DNA of 64,000 nt, taken from assembly GCF_006345805.1 (NCBI RefSeq), contig NC_042997.1:70742001-70806000 (forward strand), in the 5' to 3' direction. The notes below the pieces were generated by a model. It did no database searches. It had not been told where the DNA came from and worked only from the letters and a program-made list of their open reading frames with translations. Shown here in pieces: positions 28,195 through 39,776 of this stretch; the first letter of the stretch is position 1, and each line of letters begins with the position of its first letter. Both the position numbers and the translations under genes were made by a program. The DNA is from Octopus sinensis (taxonomy: Eukaryota).

Positions 28195-28595
28195 GTCAAT
28201 AAATTTGTTGCTTACGTGTTCGAGGATGAATACACGTAAAGCAGGGTGCAATTCTACAAAGTTATGCTGCAAAAAGTAGATAAAAGAATACATTACTACA
28301 AAACCATGCTGAATAAAACTTACCTCGACCTCTAGAAAATTAAATCTTGCTTCCACATTAACATGTAAGTAAACAACTGAATGAGGACTTGTGAATATAA
28401 CTTAACAGTTAAAGAATTTCAAATTCGGCGATGATAATATATCAGTTAAGTCATTTCTACGAACATTGCAGTCACACTATAACAGTCATCTACGTTCCAT
28501 CTAGAAATTCACTCTAAAATTTCATGAAGAGCGTAGCCAAATTTAATTCCTAGTAGACGGCTGCATGAATGTCAAGCAATGTAGAGAAGATGATC

Positions 28596-28665
<70 letters not shown>

Positions 28666-28805
28666 TACACACACGCGTATATATATATATATAAATTCAT
28701 AAATGAGGGTGAAAAATTAGATATTAATTTAATAATACAATCAGTTTAACACCAAGTGGCTTAGCACATAAAAAAACCAGGGAGACAATACAAATTTATA
28801 CTTAA

Positions 28806-29090
28806 ATATAAGAGAGTTACCGCTAAGTGGTTAACTCTAGTGCTAAAAATAGCTCCTTTTTCTGGTATAGCCAACAAAGTTGTTTCCACCAAGAAATAAC
28901 ATTACCTTCAACGTAAGGAAAGTGAAATACAACGAAAAGATAGATTAATGCCGAACAATTGTTTCTTTATTAATATAATATGCAATTATACTCACATATT
29001 TATCTATAAATCATCAGCGGCATTTATCTTCTAAAAAAAGGAGCTATTTTTAGCACTAGAGTTAACCACTTAGCGGTAACTCTCTTATAT
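28806..29090. repeat. Perfect 56-bp inverted repeat (28806-28861 / 29035-29090)
   Basis: ATATAAGAGAGTTACCGCTAAGTGG...GCTCCTTTTT and its exact reverse complement. Confidence 0.9.
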
Positions 29091-29104
29091 ATATATATAT
29101 ATAT

Positions 29105-29354
29105 ACAACTTTTACTATGTTACTTGATTCAGTCATTTTGACAGTGGCCATGCTGGAGCACCGCTTTTTAGTCGAAGAAATCGACACAGGACTTATTTTT
29201 GTAAGTCTGGTACTTATACTATCGGTCTTTTAAGCCCAACCGCTAAGTTAAGGGGACATAAACACACCAGGGCCGGTTGTCAAGCGCTGTTGGAGGGACA
29301 AACACAGACACAAACACAGAAATATATACATACATACATACATACATACATACA

Positions 29355-29390
<36 letters not shown>

Positions 29391-29395
29391 TATAA
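29105..29395 (-). mobile_element. SINE 3' half (same family as 25632-26003)
   Basis: GGCCATGCTGGAGCACCGC..CGGTTGTCAAGCG..ACAAACACAGACAC on the plus strand. Confidence 0.8.
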
Positions 29396-29807
29396 ATGGA
29401 TGAATGAATTATCCTTTCTTTACAGTTAACACGGAAAATTCAATAAACAGTTACCAGGGTAGCAAAATTCACTAAAGTAACAACGAGGTAGCGACAAATG
29501 CCGAAAGTAAAAGAATTTGAATAACATCTGCATTCAACTTTATTTATTTACTTATATTATATTATATCATATTATATTATATATATTATATTATATATAT
29601 ATATATATATATATATCTTCACGTCTATATATGTGTTTATTTACATTACTTCAACATCCAAATTTCCTCATTCTACATTGAGAGAAGAAAGAGATGGACG
29701 CTTCAATTCTATGCTGTTGCCGCATTATGTCGTACGCGAATGAGAGGATTTGCATCCCCAACCAAGAATTTTTGATGTAACACATGTCCTTGTGGAAGCT
29801 GTTGTGC

Positions 29808-29885
29808 GCGGCTGAAGAAGGCCACAGACATACATTATGCATTGTTATAAATCTGTCTAATAAAGGCCCGAAACATATGTACCGC
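29808..29885 (+). ncRNA. Type I hammerhead ribozyme candidate
   Basis: GCGG-CUGAAGA-AGGCC..GGCCC-GAAA-CAUAUG-UA/CCGC. Conserved core, 4-bp stem I, palindromic stem III (ACAUAUGU), GUA cleavage triplet. Confidence 0.7.
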
Positions 29886-29920
29886 TGAATCCTTGGCATC
29901 ATGTTTTTATTTGGATATAT

Positions 29921-30098
29921 ATATTGTTGTATTTATTAATGGTCATTTTGCCAGTTTAGGCAATAACAACCCACGCACTATATATTTGGTGTTACTTTGG
30001 TTCAGCGTTATTTATTTTTTACATTACTCTTAATCTTATTTCAGCCAGAGTGCGTGTGTTTTTATTGGCAAAATGACCATTCCTAAATACAACAATAT
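29921..30098. mobile_element. Small MITE-like inverted repeat
   Basis: Arms ATATTGTTGTATTTA..AATGGTCATTTTGCCA and TGGCAAAATGACCATT..TAAATACAACAATAT, about 50 bp, imperfect. Confidence 0.65.
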
Positions 30099-30226
30099 CT
30101 ATTTCAACACACGATTTCACATCAACAATCTTGCAAAAACAAATATATAAATGTATATATATATATACGTTTATTTACAATTGAGGGATATTTGTCCTTA
30201 TCGTGTTTGTTGTTAACACAACGCTT

Positions 30227-30298
30227 CGGACATATGGCGTACTGGTTAATAGCGCGGGCTACTAACCCCAAGATTCCGAGTTCGATTCCAAGCAGTGA

Positions 30299-30302
<4 letters not shown>
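30227..30302 (+). mobile_element. Minimal tRNA-head SINE with (TAA)n tail
   Basis: A box TGGCGTACTGG and B box GTTCGATTCC. The acceptor stem does not pair. Immediately followed by about 90 nt of (TAA)n. Confidence 0.7.
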
Positions 30303-30342
<40 letters not shown>

Positions 30343-30361
30343 GTAATAATAATAATAGTAA

Positions 30362-30392
<31 letters not shown>

Positions 30393-30393
30393 A

Positions 30394-31315
30394 CTGCACT
30401 AAACTAAACGCAAATAAACTAAAAATAAAACAGCAACGAACCATGATAAAACGATGGCAAGAAAAGCCCTTCATGGTAAATACTGGACTAAACTAAACAC
30501 AAAAGAAATAGACAAAGAAAAATCCCAGCAATGGTTGAGAGGGTCAGGACTGAAAGCAGAGACAGAGGGATTTTTAATTGAAGCACAAGACCAAAGCCTC
30601 CCCACCAGAAATTACCAAAAACATGTAATGAAAAGAAATATTACAAGTAACTGCAGAATATGTGGAGATGGACAAGAAACAATAAATCATATTATCTCTA
30701 GCTGCCCAGTCCTGGCTAAGAAGGAATATATTCACAGACATGACAGAGTTGGAACCTACATACATTGGAAGCTATGCCAACATTATGGAATAACAACAGA
30801 AAAAAGATGGTATAGGCACACACCAGAAAAGGTCACAGAAAACGAGAAAGCAACCATACTCTGGGATATGCCGATACACACAGATAGAGAAATTAAGGCC
30901 AACAGACCAGATATAGTTGTCAGAGATCATGAAGAAAAAAAATGCTTTCTAATTGATGTATCAATACCGGCAGATGACAACGTGTCTCTAAAAGAAATGG
31001 AGAAACTCTCAAAATACAAAGACCTGGAAATAGAGGTAACTAGAATGTGGAACCTGAAAACAGAAACAATTCCTATCATAGTAGGCGCATTAGGCATGAT
31101 AAAAAAATATTCAGACAAATACATAACAAAAACACCAGGACTTACAAACACATATAACATACAGAAAATTGCACTACTAGGCACTGCACACATCCTACGC
31201 AGAACACTTTCCATACAATAACCATCAGAGCATCACAACAAATCACACCACATACCCAAGGCACACAGAGCTGCGCTCGGTAGTGAAGTGAAAGCACGCT
31301 ATAAAAATAAAACTA

Positions 31316-31320
<5 letters not shown>
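30394..31320 (+). mobile_element. Dong family A, 5'-truncated, young copy
   Basis: Uninterrupted 255-aa ORF, complete 3' UTR, (TAA)n on both sides. Confidence 0.92.
30454..31221 (+). CDS. C-terminal fragment of the Dong/R4 polyprotein (CCHC zinc knuckle plus PD-(D/E)xK RLE); not a host gene
   Basis: CRICGDGQETINHIISSC; RHDRV; RPDIVV..LIDVSIP..KYKDL. Confidence 0.85.
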   Translation: MARKALHGKYWTKLNTKEIDKEKSQQWLRGSGLKAETEGFLIEAQDQSLPTRNYQKHVMKRNITSNCRICGDGQETINHIISSCPVLAKKEYIHRHDRVGTYIHWKLCQHYGITTEKRWYRHTPEKVTENEKATILWDMPIHTDREIKANRPDIVVRDHEEKKCFLIDVSIPADDNVSLKEMEKLSKYKDLEIEVTRMWNLKTETIPIIVGALGMIKKYSDKYITKTPGLTNTYNIQKIALLGTAHILRRTLSIQ

Positions 31321-31400
<80 letters not shown>

Positions 31401-32547
31401 TTCTTTCAGTAACAACCTCCAAATCAATTCCATAATTTTTTCCTTTTCGAGGCACACATATATATGCATGTTAACATATATACACACATACACGTATATG
31501 GATATAGGATATATATGGATATATACAGATAGTATATATAATATAGAAAGATAGAGGGAGGGAGAGCGAGAGATAGAGAGAAAGAGCGAGAGTGAGGGTG
31601 AGAGTGAGAAAGTGAGAGGGTAGACTAGAAAGCGATGCCGATGGTTTTATTTGTTGACGGTAGTATTTCTGATTCACCAGTGACGCTTGTGGGGTTTGTG
31701 GAAGTGGTTGTGGCGATGATGGTAATCGTGATGGTGATGGTAGTAGTGGTGGTGATGATGGCTGTTGTGTTCATGTTGGTGGTGGTGGTGGTGGTGGTGG
31801 TGCTGCTGCTGCTGCTGCTACTACCGCTTATATATATAACGTCACATGATGTGTCTGATACTTCCGTTGGTGTTAGCTATATTGGAAGCGTTGTTAGTGA
31901 TTGTGACAGTGATGCTGATGAATGTTTCATGGTGCTGGCATTGTAGGTGGCGCTGGTGTATTGGATGAGTCGTTGATAATTGGGAAAGTGTGCTAAGTTT
32001 TATATATTTCACCAGTGTCAAAAACCCCGCTGAAATAATTCATAGAACAATGTGTTCTACTCCCTAGGAAGATCTCTAAAATTAAAGAAAACCATCACAG
32101 CATGTGTTTCTAACCTAGCCTAAGGACCCCTAACTGTAGTTATGCCCTATTAAGCACATAATGATGGCGCTTTGTGGATGACTGCTTTCCTTTATTTTGG
32201 CATACTATTCAGGGAAGAAACAAATAAAACAAAATAATATTACGTTCTTTTGTTTACTTGTTTTTTATTAGTAATATATAATTCCATAATGTGTAAATGA
32301 GTGGGTTGGTGTGCGGGTCTGTGGGGGAGAGGAGACAGAGAGAGTAAGGATATGAGAATGAAAAGAAAAGCGAGTGCAAAGGCGGTAAAAGAAAGATGTG
32401 CATGTGGACATGTAAAACACACACACACACGCGCACACACAAACACATATGCATACAATATATACATATATATGTATGCATATATATGCATATATATGTG
32501 TGTGTGTATGTATGTATATAAATGTATGTGAATAATATATATATATA

Positions 32548-32588
<41 letters not shown>

Positions 32589-32609
32589 TAGATAGATAGA
32601 TAGATAGAT

Positions 32610-32698
<89 letters not shown>

Positions 32699-33012
32699 GA
32701 TAGATAGATAGATAGATGATAGATAGATAGATATAGATATATACATATATATGTATGTAGTTATATATGTATATCTTTCAGACTGGCTGTTTATTGAGAT
32801 GGAAGGCTGGAGGAAAAAACGGATGGTTACACTGATTATCTGATTATATTAAGTGGATGGTTCAGGGTCAAAGTTAGTAACTTAGGAATGGCAAGCGTAC
32901 GCCCTAACACACACACACACCACACACACACACACACTCATACACACACTCACACTCGCACACACGCACTCACGAATACAATCATACATATATGTATGAA
33001 TGTATGCATTTA

Positions 33013-33057
<45 letters not shown>

Positions 33058-33489
33058 GGGAAGACCTACCGTTTTAACAATGCTAATACTGCAAACATGG
33101 GGAATATGATGTCTCATATAATATTTATTTCAAATTACTTATGTTATTTGTTTATTAATTTGTAATAATTTATTTCAAGATCCACCAACATTTCAAATAT
33201 TTTTCTGGTCCTTTCCCATATTATTGCAAGGCACGTGGTAATATTACCTAAAATTTCTGAGAATAGTGGCAAGCCGTCTTGAATGCACGCGGTGTATTGA
33301 TATTATATTTTTGTATTGATAAACTTCGCATACTCAATGTTGCTGCCATTTTATGCAGGATATTTTTGTTTTTATAACCTACGTTCCTGGATAGAATTTC
33401 ATTTTCGTATTGTGTAACGCAGTATTTTCGCAGAAGTGATGCGGAAAAACTTTGAAGGTTCATGTACATCGGAAGTACACTCTCCAGAT

Positions 33490-34141
33490 CTGTGAACGTT
33501 CACGAAGATGGCGTTTAGATGGCGGTGTGAATCAGTGTGACAAAGGACAAGCATAAGCTGGGCAACAGGTTTTAGATGTACCAAGTAGCTGAACTGCCTA
33601 CGGTACTGTTAGCCTGCAAGATTTGGTCGGTTTTCGAAAGCCACTCCAAAAGGTTCCATGTAGACTGCCTGAGAAAGTTATTGAAAATCACCTGGAAAGA
33701 TAAGGTCCCACTCGCTGAAGTCCTCATTCGAACTTCTTTGTCAAGCGTTTGCACACTGCTAAGGAGAACGTAGGACAGGTGGGCGTGCCACGTTGTTCGA
33801 ATGTACGATACATGACTCCTTAGAAGACTGAGTTGCAACGGATAGACGGAAAACATGCTCACACAAGATGGACAGAAAAATCGCTTCAATGATACTCAGA
33901 AAACCTCAAGTGGGAAATGCAAGCTCCTACGAACAAAACAGGATTGCAGGAGCGCAAAGAAAACTGGACTGCGCATATGAAGCGTCACCGCCTTGCTTTC
34001 AGCTACCAGCAGACCATTAGTCCTGGACCTGCGGCAAAGACATTCGTGCACGCGTCAGACTTAGCGGCCACAGCCGGACACACCGTAACTTATCTCCTCT
34101 CATGTGATGTCCTTCTTCATCATCAACAACGACGGCCGAAC
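33490..34141 (+). mobile_element. RTE-BovB-like LINE 3' fragment
   Basis: YQVAELPTVLLACKIW..RFHVDCLRKLLKITWKDKVP..RWACHVVRM. Ends CATCAACAACGACGGCCGAAC followed by (ATT)n. Confidence 0.8.
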
Positions 34142-34174
34142 ATTATTATAATTATTATAATAATTATTATTATT

Positions 34175-34575
34175 AAGGCCGCGAGCTGACACTATAGTTA
34201 GCGTGACGGGCGAAATGCTTAGCGGTATTTCGTCTGCCGCTACGTTCTGAGTTCAAATTCCGCCGAGGTCGACTTTACCTTTCTTCCTTTGGGGTTCGAT
34301 TAAATAAGTACTAGTTACGCTCTGGGGTCGATATAATCGACTTAATCCGTTTGTCTGTCCTTGTTTGTCCTCTCTGTGTTTAGCCCCATGTGGGTAGTAA
34401 AGAAATAGGCATTTCGTCTGTGGCTAAGTTTTGCATTCAACTTCCGCCGAGGTCGATTTTGCCTTTCATCTCTTCGGGGTTGATCAATTAAGTACCAATT
34501 GAATACAGGGGTCGATGTAAACAACTGGTCCATACCCCTCAAATTTCAGGTCTTGTGCCTATATTAGAAAGGATT
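34175..34575 (+). mobile_element. Dimeric tRNA-derived SINE (inverted homolog of 25115-25512)
   Basis: Shares the diagnostic variant CTTCCTTTGGGGTTCGATT with the copy at 25.4 kb. Confidence 0.85.
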
Positions 34576-34584
34576 ATTATTATT

Positions 34585-35221
34585 GAGTGAGAGAGGAATG
34601 GATACCTTCAAAGTGACACTGGAGTGCACATACACGAACCCCAATATATCCATCATGTCTACCTGTTTGATAAGGGTACACCAGCGAAATACGTCAGAAC
34701 AATATATGTGGAATATGGTGATCTCATATCAAGATAAACAGTGCATGAACTTGCAAGTGGAGCCTAGGCACATGCATCACAGCCATATGCGCGCAACATG
34801 GTGACCATATCCAGATCAACACCGCATGACCTTACAGGTGGACCCCAGTTAGAATTTTCTTCAGGTCGAGTAGTCCATCTCGCTCAAAAGATCGCCGAAT
34901 AAGTTTGTTTAAGGATGTTGACCGAAACACCCATGTTTCTAGAGCTGAATTATCCAAACTACAAAGAATAACCCTCAACACATGGCTACGATGCTCTCAC
35001 ACTACTTCTGCTCATGATTACACATGCACCTCTCATCAGCCATTAAGGGACATGTTCAACTGGTTAAGGTCAAGCAACCGACAAACAAATCTTTGGTATT
35101 GAGCAGAATATTTGCTGCAGCCCTTCTTTTATACCAAGAGAAAACAATGTACATAATAACTCTTCCAATCAGTTAAGATCAGAAGACACGAGAGCCACTG
35201 CCTGGTACAGCATCAGGGTAT
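34585..35221 (-). mobile_element. ORF-less (TAA)n-flanked element (inverted homolog of 24467-25103)
   Basis: Same internal duplication. About 97% identical to 24467-25103 by eye. Confidence 0.85.
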
Positions 35222-35238
35222 TTATTATTATTATTATT

Positions 35239-36885
35239 GTTGACTTTGCGCAGCTTATAACGTTGAAGATGTACTACAGTGCCATCTTTTCACTACCAGT
35301 GAACTAAGGTAACACCCACTATTTGTCGAGAACCTTCCGGAGTATTCGAGCGGTTCCAAGCAGTGCTGTTTTCTGCAAGTGTTCCACCCTTATTGCAGCC
35401 CCTATTTGTTCCACGTACTTCTCGAGATTTTGCTCCCTGTTCTCAGGGCTCCGGCAATTATTGGTACTACAGCTACCTTTTTCATCGGTCACAACTGCTT
35501 AACTCCCCAATCTAACCTGTCATATCTCTCGACTTTTCTTCCTTATCACATACCTTGTTGTCAGCTGGGCATGCTACATCTATGATCCAACATAGCTTGT
35601 TTTCTTTCTCAATTAAGTGTATGTCCGGTTTCCTATTTTCACACTGAATCATAAAATACCATAAGATCTTTGCATTCCTGTTTTCGACGATGACTTCAGG
35701 TTTGTGGCTGTACCAATTGTTTGCTCTGTCAAGTCCATACTTATTGCAAAATGCCCAATGGACAAGCCTGGCTATATTGTCGTGGCGTCTCTTATATTCC
35801 TTCTGGGCTAGTGGCGTGCATTGTCTGATAATATACTATACTTTCTCAGCGACCACCACTGCTTAACCTCCCTAGCTAACCTGTCTGTTGACTTTTCTTT
35901 CTTCCTTATAGCATAGTTTATTGTCAGCAGGGCATGCTATATCTATGATCTAGCATCGTTTTCTTTCTTTTTCAATTTATACTCTTCTGGCTTACTATCC
36001 CCCATCTCATGTTCGCACTGAATCATAAAATCCAATAGCATCATTGCATTATCATTTTCGATGATGCCTTCGGGTTTATATTCTCACCACCTTCTTGCTC
36101 TGTCAAGGCCATACTGTTGCGAAGTGTCCAATGGACAATCCTTGCTATATTGTCATCACGTCTCTTATATTCTTTCTGAGCTAGTGGTTTACATTGACTG
36201 TTAATATGCCACACGGTTTCACAATTTTGTCCACAAATTCTGCACTTATCACTTTCTGATGTGTTGTCTATTCTGTATTTAATGTAATTCGTTCTTAGTG
36301 CTTGCTCTTAAGCATCACATATTAGAGCCTCCGATTCCGGGTTTAAGTTAATTTTGGCCATCCATGGCCATCTTTTTTCTCTTTATTATCTTCAACTATG
36401 AAATTGTCCATGTATTCATTTCTTTAGGCACCTATTTTCAGTTTCATTCATTGTCAAGTACTTTACAGTGCTTTATCTTTGCAATCTTTCATCCTACACA
36501 AGTCTGACCTTCTTACTTCTAATAACGGTTCTGTGGAATTTTTTACACACCATACTATGTTGTTTTCTTCTGCTCTAATGCTGTGTTCGCATCCAATCAG
36601 TCCTCTTCCCACTCTTTATCTTGATACATACAGTCTGTCTGTGTCACATTTTTGGGTGGAGTGTCCCATATCTTGTCAGCAACTTCCTTGTCTTTCTGTC
36701 TAAGCTCTTTAGTTCGTCTACTGCCTATGCGATTATCCCTGCTCCATATCTAAGGAGTGAAACCGCTCAGGTGTTGATAGCTTCAGTCTTATTCCGTCCA
36801 TTTAATTTCGATTTAAGGATCAGTCTCTGTCTGCGCAAGTACTCAACACTAAATTTTTCCGTCATTTCTTTCTCCATTAATTTCT
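35239..36885 (-). mobile_element. Two fused Dong family B segments (35239-35841 and 35842-36885)
   Basis: EKEMTEKFSVEYLRRQRLILKSKLNGRNKTEAINT (RT thumb). The knuckle and RLE region occurs twice, with the junction at GCTGAGAAAG|TATAGTATATT on the sense strand. Confidence 0.85.
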
Positions 36886-36905
36886 GATTTGATTCAGGTT
36901 CGGTC

Positions 36906-37514
36906 TGGAAGGCACCTGGGCATGACAAGATCCCCAACTTCTGGTTGAAATATCTAACAGGAATGCACAAAAAGCTGGCTGAAAACTTTAACAACATACT
37001 AGCAGAGCCAGAGACAATGCCTGAATGGCTCACGAAGGGGAAAACCATCTTAATTCCCAAATCAAATGAGACAGTTAAACCAGAAAACTACAGACCAATA
37101 AACTGCCACCCTACAATGTACAAGGCATTTACTGCAGTGATATCGCAAAGGTTGAACAAGCACCTGGACGAAAATAACCTGTTTCCAGAAGAGCAGAAAG
37201 GATGCCGCAAAGGCTCATATGGCTGTAAAGATCAACTAAGGATTAATAAAGCCACTGAAGACAGCCACAGAAAGAAGAAAGGCCTCAGTATGGCCTGGAT
37301 CGACTACAAAAAGGCGTTTAATAGCATCCCCCACACATGGATCCTCGAAACACTAGCCATTAACAAAGTAGCACCAACAATTATAAAATTCATAGGGCAC
37401 TCTATGAATAAACGGCAAACAGTGCTACAGCTCCAAACAAAAGAGGGACTCATGAAAACCAAAGCCATCCCCATTAGAAGCGGAATATTCCAGGGAGACA
37501 CGCTCTCTCCACTC
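36906..37514 (+). pseudogene. Dong reverse transcriptase N-terminal fragment (lacks the YxDD motif)
   Basis: WKAPGHDKIPNFWLK, NYRPI, EEQKGCRKGSYGCKDQL, WIDYKKAFNSIPH, GIFQGDTLSPL. Confidence 0.88.
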
Positions 37515-38569
37515 GGCAAAACACGAGCAAAACAAAAAACTGTTCTCAGTATTTAAGGAAGCTGACAAATACAAACAAGAAATCATACCACCTAATAAAT
37601 ATGAAGAAGAAGAAGAAGAAGAAGATGAAGAAGAAACAACAAAAGCTATAAAACAAATGAAATCCAAACTAAAAATAAAACAGCAACGAACCATGATAAA
37701 ACGATGGCAAGAAAAGCCCTTCATGGTAAATACTGGACTAAACTAAACACAAAAGAAATAGACAAAGAAAAATCCCAGCAATGGTTGAGAGGGTCAGGAC
37801 TGAAAGCAGAGACAGAGGGATTTTTAATTGAAGCACAAGACCAAAGCCTCCCCACCAGAAATTACCAAAAACATGTAATGAAAAGAAATATAACAAGTAA
37901 CTGCAGAATATGTGGAGATGGGCAAGAAACAATAAATCATATTATCTCTGGCTGCCCAGTCCTGGCTAAGAAGGAATATATTCACAGACATGACAGAGTT
38001 GGAACCTACATACACTGGGAGCTATGCCAACATTATGGAATAACAACAGAAAAAGATGGTATAGGCACACACCAGAAAAGGTCACAGAAAACGAGAAAGC
38101 AACCATACTCTGGGATATGCCGATACACACAGATAGAGAAATTAAGGCCAACAGACCAGATATAGTTGTCAGAGATCATGAAGGAAAAAAATGCTTTCTA
38201 ATTGATATATAAATACCAGCAGATGACAACGTGTCTCTAAAAGAAATGGAGAAACTCTCAAAATACAAAGACCTGGAAATAGAGGTAACCAGAATGTGGA
38301 ATCTAAAAACAGAAACAATTCCTATCATAGTAGGTGCATTAGGCATGATAAAAAAATATTCAGACAAATACATAACAAAAACACCAGGACTTACAAACAC
38401 ATATAACATACAGAAAATTGAACTACTAGGCACTGCACACATCCTACGCAGAACACTTTCCATACAATAACCATCAGAGCATCACAACAAATCACAGCAC
38501 ATACCCAAGGCACACAGAGCTGCGCCCGGTAGTGAAGTGAAAGCACACTATAAAAATAAAACTACTGAA
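36906..38569 (+). mobile_element. Dong family A, 5'-truncated with an internal deletion
   Basis: RT motifs from KAPGHD to QGDTLSPL join directly at 37514 to the pre-knuckle region. Knuckle, RLE and 3' UTR follow, then (TAA)n. Confidence 0.9.
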
Positions 38570-38606
38570 TAATAATAATAATAATAATATAATAATAATA
38601 ATAATA

Positions 38607-38643
<37 letters not shown>

Positions 38644-38656
38644 TATTATTATTATT

Positions 38657-39667
38657 GATTGAGAGAGTAGTGCATGCCATGAGAGTGAAACTGGAGTAAA
38701 ATATACGAAGCCCAGTATAACCATCATGACTACCCGTCTGATAGGAGTACACTAGGCACATGCACTACAACCATGTGCGCGCGACATGGTGATCTCATAT
38801 CAAGATAAACAGTACATGACCTTGCAGGTGGGGCTCAGTTAGAATATTCTTCTGGTCGAGTAACCCCAAAGGTCCCTGAACATGGGTTGTTTAAGGATGT
38901 TGAACGAAACATCCATGTTTCCAGAGGTGAATTATTCAAACCCCAAAGAATCCCTCTCAACACATGGCAATGATGCTTCCCCACTACTTCTGCTCGTGAT
39001 CAGAGATGCACATATCGGCAGTCACTAAGGGACATGGTCAACTGGTTAAGGCCAAACAACTGACAATCAAATCTTTGGAATTGAGCAGAATATTTGCTGT
39101 AGTCCATCGTTTATACCAAGACAAATCAATGCACATGAAAACACTTCCATTCAATTAAGATCAGAAGCCACGAGTGCCACTGCCTGGTACTGCATCAGGG
39201 TATTAGCCACTGCCTGGTACTACATCAAAGCATTTCGCACAGTCTGGTACTGCATCGGGGCATTAGCCACATCCTGGTACTGCATTAGGGCATTAGCCAC
39301 TGCCTGGTACTGCATCAGAGCATTATTATTATTATTATTATTATTGAGTGACCGAGCAGAGCATGCCATCAAAGTGACACTGGGGTAAAATATACGAAGC
39401 CCAATATACCCATCATGACTACCCGTCTGATAAGGGCACACCAGGCACATGCATCACAACCATATGTGCGCGGCATGGTGATCTCATATCAAGATAAACT
39501 GCACATGACCTTGCAGGTGGGGCCCAGTTAGAATTTTCTTCAGTTTGTGTAGCCCATCCCGCTCAAACGGTCCCTGAATAAGGGTTGTTTAAGGATGTTG
39601 AAAAACCCACCCATGTCTCCAGAGGTGAATTATTCAAACCCCAAAGAATCCCTTATTATTATTATTA

Positions 39668-39726
<59 letters not shown>

Positions 39727-39741
39727 ATTATATTATTATTA

Positions 39742-39776
<35 letters not shown>

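Noticed and set aside
30227-30302. Functional tRNA gene
   Set aside because: The acceptor stem does not pair, the ACT anticodon is non-standard, and a (TAA)n tail follows, so it is a SINE head.
35239-38569. Twin-priming inversion of a single LINE
   Set aside because: The two sides are different families (B and A), and each has its own 3' region.
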